Positions 29,876 through 39,171 of a stretch of DNA of 64,000 nt are shown here, in pieces. The first letter of the stretch is position 1. Each line of letters starts with the position of its first letter. A model generated the notes under the pieces. The model was not told the origin of the DNA. It searched no databases and saw only the letters and a program-made list of their open reading frames with translations. The position numbers and the translations under genes were made by a program. The stretch lies in the sequence record NC_023719.1; one strand, written 5' to 3'.

Positions 29876-30089
29876 TGTAACGCCTATAAAACTAAATGAG
29901 AAAAAACGAACATATAAATATGTTCGAGATGGAAAAATTGTTGAAGTAATTTTAGAAAACGTTATTGAATTAATTGTACGAGAATCTGGTTCACATAAGA
30001 TTAAAACATCTGACGGAAAGCTACATTATTTACCATCTGATTATATTCATATTGAAATAGAAGATGATAAAAAAGAGTGGACAAATTAA
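29868..30089 (+). CDS. Small beta-rich hypothetical protein between the split helicase halves
   Basis: AAAGGA RBS; start overlaps the helicase-N stop; terminator follows. Confidence 0.8.
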   Translation: MDNVTPIKLNEKKRTYKYVRDGKIVEVILENVIELIVRESGSHKIKTSDGKLHYLPSDYIHIEIEDDKKEWTN

Positions 30090-30100
30090 TATTATGCAGC

Positions 30101-30130
30101 AAAGAGAAGGTTTAAACCTTCTCTTTTTTT
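30101..30130 (+). terminator. Rho-independent terminator separating the two helicase halves
   Basis: aaagagaagg-tttaaa-ccttctcttt plus T-run. Confidence 0.9.
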
Positions 30131-30160
30131 ATTGCCCTAATTAAGTATATACAATTATAA

Positions 30161-30193
30161 TGTTAATGATTTTTAAAGAAATACTTATAATAT
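30161..30193 (+). promoter_or_regulatory. Putative phage middle promoter for the helicase C half
   Basis: TGTTAAT-N18-TATAATAT. Confidence 0.55.
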
Positions 30194-30267
30194 ACATATC
30201 TCCATAGAGAGCGAAATATATTTAAATACACGTAGAAAACATATGAGATTCTAAAGGGAGGATTTAC

Positions 30268-30684
30268 ATGTTCAAAAATGTTGCAGAGTTGTTTTCTAAG
30301 AATCTAGAATCAATTCTAAATAAATATCATTTAGACCCTAATATTGATAATTTTAGCTATTGTATGTCAGTTATGCAAAATAACGAACATAGCGAAAAAA
30401 GTTTACAGAATTTAAAAACTGCATTAAATAGTAATGTTCTTTCTAATTTAATAGAAGACTTAGATAATTTGTCTATTATGCTAAATACTTCTAATTTTTT
30501 AATGGATAATGAAATAGATGAAACATATGAATTAGAACAAGATAATAGCGATATTGAAATTGGTACTATTGAAGAAATTGAATATGTTGAAATGTCAGAT
30601 TGTGAATATGAAGAAACATATGTTTATGATATTGGAGTAGAAGACAATCATAACTTCTTTGCTGAAAACACGTTAGTACACAAT
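30268..30684 (+). mobile_element. Split intein, C fragment with about 95-aa N-terminal extension
   Basis: Block F VYDIGVEDNHNFFA and block G LVHN with +1 Cys at 30685. Confidence 0.9.
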
Positions 30685-31536
30685 TGTCACCATTTACCGT
30701 CAAATACAATGAATGAAATAGCTAGAAAAGCTGAAAATGCTTACTATCGTATTGGCGTATCAGCTACTCCTTGGCGGGATGCTGGAGATGATATTTTAAT
30801 TGAGGCTATTCTTTCTAAACGAAAAACTGAAAATTCTATAAATGCTTCTAAATTAATTGATCTAGGATTCTTAGTACCTTGTTCGATTTACTTTGTACCA
30901 ATGAAACAAGTTTTCCCAGGAAAAAGCTATCATAGCGTTTATAAAAAGGCAGTTGTAGAAAATGATAGTCGTAACAAAGCTGCTGTTAAAATAGCACATA
31001 AAATGTTAACAACAAAACAAATGACTACTCTTATTTTGATCCAACAAGTAAAGCATGGGGAAATTTTACAAAAAATGTTATTTGATTTAATACCTGAAGA
31101 GTCGTTTACTGTTACTGTTAAAAATCCAAAAAATGGTAAAGAACAGTTGGTAAGAGTTAGAAATATTGAATTCTTATCGGGTCAAGATGATGCCATTAGA
31201 CGAAAAGCTGTTATTCAAGCAGCTAAAGAAAAGAAAGTAAAAGTCCTTATTGGATCAACTATTGCAGATGAAGGATTAGATATTCCTTCGTTAGACTGTT
31301 TAATATTACTTGGTGGGGGCAAAAGTTCTACAAGAGCCTTCCAACGAATTGGGAGGGTATTACGATTATACACTGATCCAGTAACGAAAGAACCAAAGAA
31401 GAGAGCTATTTGTTTTGATTTTGTCGATTACACGCCTATGCTAAGACGACATTCGAGGGTTCGAGAGAAGTTGTATTTAACTGAAGAGAAATGGGAAATT
31501 AAATTCTTTAATCCAAATTTATTGAACGACGATTAA
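30268..31536 (+). CDS. Split-intein C fragment fused to SF2 helicase C-terminal half
   Basis: GGGAGG RBS; VYDIGVEDNHNFFAENTLVHN|CHH, then SAT (III), STIADEGLDIP (V) and QRIGRVLR (VI). Confidence 0.9.
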   Translation: MFKNVAELFSKNLESILNKYHLDPNIDNFSYCMSVMQNNEHSEKSLQNLKTALNSNVLSNLIEDLDNLSIMLNTSNFLMDNEIDETYELEQDNSDIEIGTIEEIEYVEMSDCEYEETYVYDIGVEDNHNFFAENTLVHNCHHLPSNTMNEIARKAENAYYRIGVSATPWRDAGDDILIEAILSKRKTENSINASKLIDLGFLVPCSIYFVPMKQVFPGKSYHSVYKKAVVENDSRNKAAVKIAHKMLTTKQMTTLILIQQVKHGEILQKMLFDLIPEESFTVTVKNPKNGKEQLVRVRNIEFLSGQDDAIRRKAVIQAAKEKKVKVLIGSTIADEGLDIPSLDCLILLGGGKSSTRAFQRIGRVLRLYTDPVTKEPKKRAICFDFVDYTPMLRRHSRVREKLYLTEEKWEIKFFNPNLLNDD

Positions 31537-31560
31537 GAGAGGTGATATGCCTCTCTTTTT
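31536..31560 (+). terminator. Rho-independent terminator
   Basis: agagagg-tgatatg-cctctct plus T-run. Confidence 0.8.
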
Positions 31561-32280
31561 CTTCTTTTGAGAAGAAATCAGTATTCAAAGTGATTAATAT
31601 TTAGTGACATGATTTCTTTAAAACTGAAGAATATTTGATTTTTATATCTTTACCTACATTATGATAAAAGTCATATTGAAAATTCATTTTTGAGATTCTT
31701 TGAAAGAATAAAATCAACTTCTTTTGATTCATAGAATGCAGTGTGTGATTCACAGAGTGCAGCTATAAATATAATTAATTATTTAGATAATAAATAAAAG
31801 AAATATATAAGATAAGAAAAATAAAAAGAAATAAAAGAACAGATTAGTGCTGCGCACGCCTTTATATTTGTTTCTCTTTACATACTATATTTAAATCAGT
31901 TTTCAGTACTGAAAACAATCTGAAAAGATTATCTTTTAGTGATTTGATTTTAATTAAAAGATATTTTATTTGTATTTTTATGTTTATTACTATATTGGTA
32001 AAAAAGTCACATCAGATTTGAATTATCTTTAATTTGAAAAGAAATAAAAAGTATCATTATCTAGTTTTATTTGTTTGTTTTAATTTCCGTTTTTATAATA
32101 AGTTAGAGTTACTGTTTGTTTCTTGAAAGATGTAATTTCAAAATGCTTATTTGGTATTTCTAAAATACAGTACTTGTAATAAGTTTTATTCACTACCGTT
32201 AAAACAATTCTAACTTTTTATTAAAATAACAAACATCGCAAGATATCAATAAGACTAATTTTATTGAGAGGAAGATTTAT
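31561..32280. other. Long AT-rich non-coding region, candidate replication origin
   Basis: About 720 bp with no ORF in the track; 17-bp direct repeat with 21-bp period (31725, 31746); directly upstream of the initiator-loader-helicase operon. Confidence 0.4.
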
Positions 32281-34311
32281 TTGTATAAGAAGTTAGAGAT
32301 CGAAAATAAGCAACTTGCTTCCTTTTCTGTATCAAACTATATTTTAAATGTTGTTTTACCAAAGTGTACTATTGTTCATGGTGAAGTAGTTACATCTACA
32401 TATTTCCAAATAGCCTTAACTATTAATAATAGCAAAGAGGTAGTAAATTGGAAAAAGAGTAAAAGTTGGATTGGTTTGAGAACAATAGCTAAGACAACAG
32501 GGTTTAGTTTGAGAGCTATTGGTATAGCGGTTAATTTTTTGAAAGAATTAAATTTAATAGAACAAACATATCATGGAAAGTTGAAAATGTTTGAACTAAA
32601 AAACAATAACATAGTAAATGTTGAAGAAATGATTGAGTTCAATAATTACATTGAACATAAGTTACTTTTAAAAGCTAAATCTAAAGGTCCAATAAAGGAG
32701 AAATTTAAGTTATTAAACGAAAAGTTTGAAATCTACTCTCATCCTCAAAATCTTTTTTTGTTAAAGAAAACATGGATGCAGGATATCAATCAGATAAGAT
32801 CAACTTTAAGCACAGCAGAATCTATTTATAGAGGTTCAACGTTATTTGTAGTAAACTTATTAAATAATCAGCAAATTGAATTTAAAAATGATAAGGAAGT
32901 TTCAGATAATAATATTACAATATCTGAAAGAGACCGAAGTCTTATGATAGGTTGTAGTCAATCAACTTTAAACAGATATATTTTAGCTTTCGAAAACGCA
33001 AATATTATTACAAGGAAAAAGAAAAGTGGTGGAGCACATCAAATTGAATTAAACTTTGATTTAATAAGAAAAGAAAATAGTAAAGGTATGGTGAACGACA
33101 AAATGGAAAATGAAAAAATTATTTGCCCTATTTGCGAAAGAGAAATTAAAACTGAAGAGTCTTTCAACCGTCATTTATCTATGATGAAAGATGCTCAACA
33201 TTATGAATTAAGTGAAATAAGAAAAAAGAATGGTACTACTGATTACAAAACGACAATTAATTATTTATATCCAGAAAATAAAGAAAAAATTGATGCTTTA
33301 AAGGGTAGAACTAAAAAAGAAATTAGGGAAGAAAGAGAAGAAGAAATGGCTAATCAAAAGCAATTAAATGGTTTTGAAGATATCCCTTCAACAAGTAAAA
33401 AATCATTTGAAGATACTGCTCCCGGTTTATTAACTTATTTCTATGATTTAAATGGTCAGAAAAGTCCAAATTGGGCAAAGGAATGTTTCCAAGTTAAAAA
33501 CTTATTGGTTCGTAAAAACCAACCTTTAACCTCTGAAGAAGTTAGAATCGTTTTAACATTCATGAATAGAAAAGGGTACATGGATATTAGATTCTTAACT
33601 ACAAGCGTAACTGAAGCTTTGCATGAGTACCAACTATTACAAGAAGTAGATAAAGATGGTACAGTACCATTCTTAGTAAAAAGATTTTACAATGGTTTCA
33701 ATATGGATATTAATCTTCAAACATTTGTAAGAGATGTTCGAAAAGTTAAAGAAACGATGAATAGTGGTTTAACTTTTGAACAAACTAAAATTGTTATTGA
33801 TTACATGATTTCTACTAAGTGTAATAATATTAACTTTATTGGTACAAGCCGAAACGATGCACTAATGAAACATCAAGGTAAAGGAGTTAATATGTCAAAT
33901 GACAATATTAATAAATTTAATAACAATCCATCTTTCTTTGACCAAGACTTCTTAAATATACTAAAAGACGAATTAGCCAGTGGTAGAACTAGATTAAATA
34001 AAGTCGAAGATAAACATAAAGAAGGAGCAATTAAAGTAGCGCAAGAGTTATTTTTACGACGCAAGTTTTCAACTAAGTTCACAGGTTTTGAATGGGCTTG
34101 GAGAGTAGGTTTGTCTTTAGATAAAAGAATGTATGATTTGGCTTGTAGAGAACTTCATAAGAAGACTTATATAGAAGGACTTATTGAGTCGGGTACATTA
34201 AAGCCAGAACAAGAAAAATCTTATATTCAACTAAAACAAAAATATGAAACATGGTTGCAAGAACAGCATGACTTTTTTCGTTCGTCCCAAATGATGTTTA
34301 ATCAAAAATAA
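32281..34311 (+). CDS. Putative replication initiator (winged-HTH domains plus C2H2 zinc finger)
   Basis: GLRTIAKTTGFSLRAIGIAVNFLKELNLI and GCSQSTLNRYILAFENANII HTHs; CPIC...FNRHL...H; precedes DnaC and DnaB. Confidence 0.6.
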   Translation: MYKKLEIENKQLASFSVSNYILNVVLPKCTIVHGEVVTSTYFQIALTINNSKEVVNWKKSKSWIGLRTIAKTTGFSLRAIGIAVNFLKELNLIEQTYHGKLKMFELKNNNIVNVEEMIEFNNYIEHKLLLKAKSKGPIKEKFKLLNEKFEIYSHPQNLFLLKKTWMQDINQIRSTLSTAESIYRGSTLFVVNLLNNQQIEFKNDKEVSDNNITISERDRSLMIGCSQSTLNRYILAFENANIITRKKKSGGAHQIELNFDLIRKENSKGMVNDKMENEKIICPICEREIKTEESFNRHLSMMKDAQHYELSEIRKKNGTTDYKTTINYLYPENKEKIDALKGRTKKEIREEREEEMANQKQLNGFEDIPSTSKKSFEDTAPGLLTYFYDLNGQKSPNWAKECFQVKNLLVRKNQPLTSEEVRIVLTFMNRKGYMDIRFLTTSVTEALHEYQLLQEVDKDGTVPFLVKRFYNGFNMDINLQTFVRDVRKVKETMNSGLTFEQTKIVIDYMISTKCNNINFIGTSRNDALMKHQGKGVNMSNDNINKFNNNPSFFDQDFLNILKDELASGRTRLNKVEDKHKEGAIKVAQELFLRRKFSTKFTGFEWAWRVGLSLDKRMYDLACRELHKKTYIEGLIESGTLKPEQEKSYIQLKQKYETWLQEQHDFFRSSQMMFNQK

Positions 34312-34319
34312 TAAGGAAT

Positions 34320-35114
34320 GTGATAATAATGATTTTTACAAGAGAAGAACAACAAGCAGAAGTAAAAAAATGGCAAAATAGATTAGTTAGAAATTGTCCA
34401 AAATGTAAGGGATTAGGTTCTATTGACATCCCTGGTTCGAATAAAGCCACTATGTGTTCTTGTCAAAAACAAGCATTATTAAATGCTGACTTAGCATCTT
34501 CTGGCGTTCCAAGGAAATATTTAGATAGCAATTGGAATTGGGAAGGATTAAACAATAATAAAGAGTCAACTGAAAAAATGAAAGAGTATGCTAATAACTT
34601 TGATGAACATTACTACTCGGGTCAAGGTATTTATTTATATGGACAACAAGGCAGAGGTAAATCTCTATTAGAATCTTTAGTTGCTAGAGAAGTTGCCGCT
34701 AAGATAAATAGAGATACAAGTAAAAATTATAAGATAGCATTTATTATTTTTGAAGAATTAGTACAATTAACGCATCAATCTAGAAGTGATTTAAAAGCAA
34801 GAAATTTATATCATTCTCTTATTTCAAAACCAGATTTATTGATTGTAGATAATATTGGATCTGAAACTGGTAGTAAAGAGTATAACACTAAAGTATTAGA
34901 GTTTCTTTTAAGAAAAAGAGACAATGACGGTGTACCAACTGTTATTTCTTCCAACTATACTCCAGAACAATTACTTGCGGCTTATAGTGATACAGTTCAT
35001 GATTTCATTGTTCAAAATAGTATTCAAGTTTTAGTTCAAGGTGAAAATCACAGAAAGAAAAATGCTATGGGGGATATCGATGATGATATTCTACTAATGG
35101 AGGATGAACTTTAA
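34320..35114 (+). CDS. dnaC: DnaC/IstB-like helicase loader
   Basis: N-terminal Cys cluster, Walker A GQQGRGKS, LLIVDNIGSE, SSNY, GENHRK. Confidence 0.85.
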   Translation: MIIMIFTREEQQAEVKKWQNRLVRNCPKCKGLGSIDIPGSNKATMCSCQKQALLNADLASSGVPRKYLDSNWNWEGLNNNKESTEKMKEYANNFDEHYYSGQGIYLYGQQGRGKSLLESLVAREVAAKINRDTSKNYKIAFIIFEELVQLTHQSRSDLKARNLYHSLISKPDLLIVDNIGSETGSKEYNTKVLEFLLRKRDNDGVPTVISSNYTPEQLLAAYSDTVHDFIVQNSIQVLVQGENHRKKNAMGDIDDDILLMEDEL

Positions 35115-36526
35115 TGAGTAGTTCTTTAAATAAAATAGAAAAAATACAAAAGAAGTTTTTAGCGTACTTATTTTCAGATAAAAAATTTATAGCGGCTTCT
35201 TTTGGTAGAATTAAACCGCATCACTTACCAGATTGCCATTTTATTTATTCGCTTCTAACTGGTTATTATACTCGCCATAAAAACATTATCACTGACGACG
35301 TAGTGGATATTATGTTTAATAAGAAGAATTTAGATGCTAACGCAGTAGTTAGTTATAAATCTCTCATTGGAGAGTTAAGAACTTTACTGATAGATAATGG
35401 AAAATTCATTGGTGATGATGCAGAATTTAATGCTCTCATTGAAGAATTAGAAGAAATTCAAAAACGAAAAGACTATGTTAAAATAGCAGAGCAAATAATT
35501 GAGACAAATCCTTTAGATTGCTCAACTGATAAACTTGTAGAAATGGAGAAAAAAGTAAAAGAAGGCGTTACTAATATTACTGCTCGCACTGGAGAAACAA
35601 GAAAAGAAGGTACTATTAGAGATTCAGTAAATGATCGTCGAGAAGCATATAGACAAGTAAAAGAAAATCCCGAATCTATTAAAGCAATACCTACTGGTTT
35701 TAGTCAAATAGATGATACTAATGGAGGATTTAGAGCTGGTGAATTAATTTACATTATTGGTCGTAAAGGTGATGGTAAATCAGTAGCATTATTAAACTTC
35801 GGTCATAACGCTTGGGCGGCTGGATATAATGTAATTATTTTCACATTAGAGATTAGTAAAGAAGACTATGAGAGACGTTTTGATGCAAGAGCGGCAGGGA
35901 TATCTTCTAATGGCTTAAAGATGGGTAAACTTGATAATGCAGAAGAAATTATTTATGACAAATATCTGGATAATTTATCTAAAGGTAAAGTTGAAGTATT
36001 AGATAAAGAAAGTGGACAACAAAAATTAACTAGCTGTGGAACTATGTATATTGTTGATTGTCCTTCAGGAGCAACTCCAGCTTTTGTAGAAAGTAAAATC
36101 GATACAGTTGAACAATTATTAGGTATTAAATTCCATGTAGTTATTACTGACTATAGTGGTATCATGAAACCAAATGTAAATGTTGGAGAAAAACGACATG
36201 AGCAAGGTGCAATTGCGTTGGATCAAAAACGAATCGCAAGGGAAAGAGATTGTGTGGTACTTAGCGCAGCTCAAATGACTCGTGGTGGAGCAAAAGAAAA
36301 AGAGGCTACAACTGAACACGTTGCGGAATCAGATCAAATTTCTGACCACTTAGACTGGGGTATTTATGTAAGAAGTATTTCAGAAACAACTGGAGTAATG
36401 GGTTCATTTAAGACAAGGGATGCTGCTCCGTTTAAATTCCACTTTGCTAAAAAATATTCAATGATGAAAATGGTAGAGTTAGAAGATCAACTTGCTAACT
36501 GGGATAACTTGGAAGGTATAGAATAA
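35114..36526 (+). CDS. dnaB: DnaB-like replicative helicase
   Basis: IPTGFSQIDDTNGGFRAGELIYIIGRKGDGKS, FTLE, ITDY, LSAAQ motifs. Confidence 0.9.
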   Translation: MSSSLNKIEKIQKKFLAYLFSDKKFIAASFGRIKPHHLPDCHFIYSLLTGYYTRHKNIITDDVVDIMFNKKNLDANAVVSYKSLIGELRTLLIDNGKFIGDDAEFNALIEELEEIQKRKDYVKIAEQIIETNPLDCSTDKLVEMEKKVKEGVTNITARTGETRKEGTIRDSVNDRREAYRQVKENPESIKAIPTGFSQIDDTNGGFRAGELIYIIGRKGDGKSVALLNFGHNAWAAGYNVIIFTLEISKEDYERRFDARAAGISSNGLKMGKLDNAEEIIYDKYLDNLSKGKVEVLDKESGQQKLTSCGTMYIVDCPSGATPAFVESKIDTVEQLLGIKFHVVITDYSGIMKPNVNVGEKRHEQGAIALDQKRIARERDCVVLSAAQMTRGGAKEKEATTEHVAESDQISDHLDWGIYVRSISETTGVMGSFKTRDAAPFKFHFAKKYSMMKMVELEDQLANWDNLEGIE

Positions 36527-36630
36527 TTGAGGAGAGAACAAATAGTTCTCTCTTTTTATTTTTATATTTAAAAAATCCAACTATAATTTATAATATATAT
36601 AGATATTATGGAGGAAGGATTTGATTATTT

Positions 36631-37131
36631 ATGGGTTACTGGGGACACCATCCACTATCAGGAGATGCACCATTAGATGCTCTTTATGATTTAGATGAAC
36701 TTTTATTTACGCCTAAAGAATTATTAAATTATGAGTTACGATATAATGCAGAGGAGTATTCTAAGCGATTAAAAGAGAAACTAAGTCAAGCCATTATGAT
36801 TGAATACTATGATGACCATGAGTTTGTATTGCCATTTAAAATAGTAGAATTAAAGATACGAATAGAAGATGAAATTTTATCAAGAAAAGTCAAGAACATG
36901 ATAAAAGACGGTGGCGCTGCTTATCGTGGCTACAATGTTAATAAAATGAAATCTACTAAAGAAAATAATTACAATAATTTAAAAACGCCATATGATTTTG
37001 CGTGTCAATTGTATGATTTATGGGATAGTTTGATGAGTGGAGAAATTAGTTTTGACACATTAACAAATTCAAAAGGATTATTTGAAACATTAAACGAATC
37101 AAAAGGGATGGGTCTTATCAATACTGATTAA
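36631..37131 (+). CDS. Hypothetical protein
   Basis: 166 aa; MGYWG...SGDAPLD N-terminus. Confidence 0.7.
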   Translation: MGYWGHHPLSGDAPLDALYDLDELLFTPKELLNYELRYNAEEYSKRLKEKLSQAIMIEYYDDHEFVLPFKIVELKIRIEDEILSRKVKNMIKDGGAAYRGYNVNKMKSTKENNYNNLKTPYDFACQLYDLWDSLMSGEISFDTLTNSKGLFETLNESKGMGLINTD

Positions 37132-37153
37132 TATAAGGTAGGGGTGTATTTAT

Positions 37154-37468
37154 ATGGAACATAAAAATAAAAAGTGGGACAAAAGCGAAAAAGAATTCAG
37201 AACAAGAATGAATCAACTGGAAATTAGAGATGCTAGAAAATTAGTTTCTAACATAGATAATGATCCTGAAAACGAAAAACGTTTAGAAAGACAAGAATGT
37301 AAAGTTTGTTTTTATAAAACTAAAATTGGTATGTCAGCTATGACATACGCTAATTGCGGGTTCTGTGATACAAAAACGTTATATGGTAGTTCAAATGTTG
37401 ATTTATTATGTAAAAGATGCGCAATAATGAATGAAGTATGTAAGCATTGCGGTGGAGAAATGGATTAA
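37154..37468 (+). CDS. Multi-CxxC zinc-binding protein
   Basis: Four CxxC pairs. Confidence 0.7.
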   Translation: MEHKNKKWDKSEKEFRTRMNQLEIRDARKLVSNIDNDPENEKRLERQECKVCFYKTKIGMSAMTYANCGFCDTKTLYGSSNVDLLCKRCAIMNEVCKHCGGEMD

Positions 37469-37480
37469 GGAAGTGAAATA

Positions 37481-38113
37481 ATGGCTGGTAGTTATCGATA
37501 TGATTATGTTAAATCGCATATAGATACACAAGAATATATTTCAAGATATGTAAGTTTAAAAAAGGTTGGTATGATTTTTAGATGTAATTGCCCAATACAT
37601 GGAGAAAAAACGCCTTCATTCACAGTTTATCCAGCTGGTTACAATGATCCAAAAAGTGGTATACAAGAACATGCATCATTTTTCTGCTTTGGTTGTAAAA
37701 AAGGTGGAGACATTTTCGATTTTAAAAAGGCAATTGACAATTTAGATACTAAATATGAAGCGTTAAAATTGTTAGAAGAAGAACTTGGAATTGATATGAA
37801 TGATGATGAAGTTCAAACTAACTATTTAAAAGAACAATTAGCTAGAATCAAACATGTAGATAAAGTTTTAGAAACCCCTGAAATTAATATGATTTGTTCT
37901 AGTATATGTAGAAACTATCTAAATTGGGTAAAAGAAGAATATCCACAATTTTTAGAAGATGAAATAAAAGCTATAGATAAATTTTACATTTATTTTGATA
38001 TTTCATTTGATGAAAAATCAGCTATTGAGTGTATGAAACTAATTGACGATGTACAAGAAAAAATTGAAAAAAGGCGAAAAGCAATAAAAGAGAAATTAAT
38101 AGTAGAAGAGTAA
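37481..38113 (+). CDS. Stand-alone DnaG-type primase zinc-binding (CHC2) domain protein
   Basis: CNCPIHGEKTPSF...FFCFGCKKGGDIFDF; no TOPRIM domain follows. Confidence 0.85.
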   Translation: MAGSYRYDYVKSHIDTQEYISRYVSLKKVGMIFRCNCPIHGEKTPSFTVYPAGYNDPKSGIQEHASFFCFGCKKGGDIFDFKKAIDNLDTKYEALKLLEEELGIDMNDDEVQTNYLKEQLARIKHVDKVLETPEINMICSSICRNYLNWVKEEYPQFLEDEIKAIDKFYIYFDISFDEKSAIECMKLIDDVQEKIEKRRKAIKEKLIVEE

Positions 38114-38269
38114 ATAAATTGAACATTTTATTTTCTGGATTATAAGTCTATCTAAAAAGATAGACTTATTTTTTTTGTAAAAATAGTTATATTTCAACTC
38201 TAGAGAAATATATATCTATGTACAATTAAAAACACTAAAATCCAATCGAACAAAGAAGGAGAAATTTAA

Positions 38270-38572
38270 ATGAAAATGAAACGCTCAAATGTCCACTATA
38301 TTGACCAAAAGCTGAGAAGAAAGAAGCAAAGTAGGAATAGAAAATTTAAAAACAATGATTCAATAAGTATAATGACTTATTGTCAATGTTGTAAAAAGCA
38401 AACAACTAAGAAGAATAAAATTAATAATTTCTATTTATGTGATAAATGTTTTAGTTTAAATTATTTGAATATAAATGAAGAAAATCTAAATAGTAATATG
38501 CCGAAGTATATAAATTGGGAAGATGATTTAGACTATCTCTATCAAAACTTCTGGTTAAATGGAGATATATAG
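38270..38572 (+). CDS. Basic zinc-ribbon hypothetical protein
   Basis: AAGGAG RBS; CQCC...CDKC. Confidence 0.65.
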   Translation: MKMKRSNVHYIDQKLRRKKQSRNRKFKNNDSISIMTYCQCCKKQTTKKNKINNFYLCDKCFSLNYLNINEENLNSNMPKYINWEDDLDYLYQNFWLNGDI

Positions 38573-38584
38573 GAGGTAAGAGAA

Positions 38585-38992
38585 ATGGCACTTCACAATG
38601 GTGATGAATGGCAAGAAATAGCTGATGCGTTAATAAATAAATTCAGTGTAGCGTTTTCCCATATAGAAATAGATAAAGTATTGTTTTTATCAGAAACTGA
38701 AAAGACTCCAAAAGATAAGTATGCTGATACTAAGTTTGTTTCGTATCCATACAACTTCTTAACGGACTATAAGTTCTTTATTATTTTTTATGAAAACAAT
38801 ATACAAGCTATGACAGATGAACAAAAGAAAGTATTATGTTTTGAACAATTGCTTCATATTGATGAATCATTTACAAAGATTAGAAAATATGACGTAAAAT
38901 CATTTAGAGAGTTTATTTCAAAAATGGGAATGAACTGGGATATAGACCCAAATTTACCCGATATTTTATCAGATGAAGTAGAGGGAGATTAA
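38585..38992 (+). CDS. Phage metallopeptidase-like protein, probably inactive
   Basis: F.IIFY...W/M..M.D.QK..L..E.LLHI...IR.YDV..FRE...K.G pattern; HExxH is degenerate. Confidence 0.6.
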   Translation: MALHNGDEWQEIADALINKFSVAFSHIEIDKVLFLSETEKTPKDKYADTKFVSYPYNFLTDYKFFIIFYENNIQAMTDEQKKVLCFEQLLHIDESFTKIRKYDVKSFREFISKMGMNWDIDPNLPDILSDEVEGD

Positions 38993-39160
38993 ATGATAAG
39001 AAGAATGCTAAATTATGATAAGAAAGACTGGAATCATGTTAGATTTTTATTCTTTAATATGATAAAACAATTTTTTCTTTTAGATTTTAAAGAATCAAAA
39101 GAAGCATGGTATTTTTTAAAATTGCATTTGACGCATGATTCCAATAGAGTAGATAAATAA
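38993..39160 (+). CDS. Small hypothetical protein (55 aa, not in ORF track)
   Basis: GAGGGAG RBS; coupled to the previous stop codon. Confidence 0.55.
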   Translation: MIRRMLNYDKKDWNHVRFLFFNMIKQFFLLDFKESKEAWYFLKLHLTHDSNRVDK

Positions 39161-39171
39161 AAAGAGAGGTT

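Noticed and set aside
29875-30268. Intein split as an assembly or frameshift artefact
   Set aside because: The gap holds a coupled ORF, a strong terminator, a promoter motif and an RBS, which an error would not create
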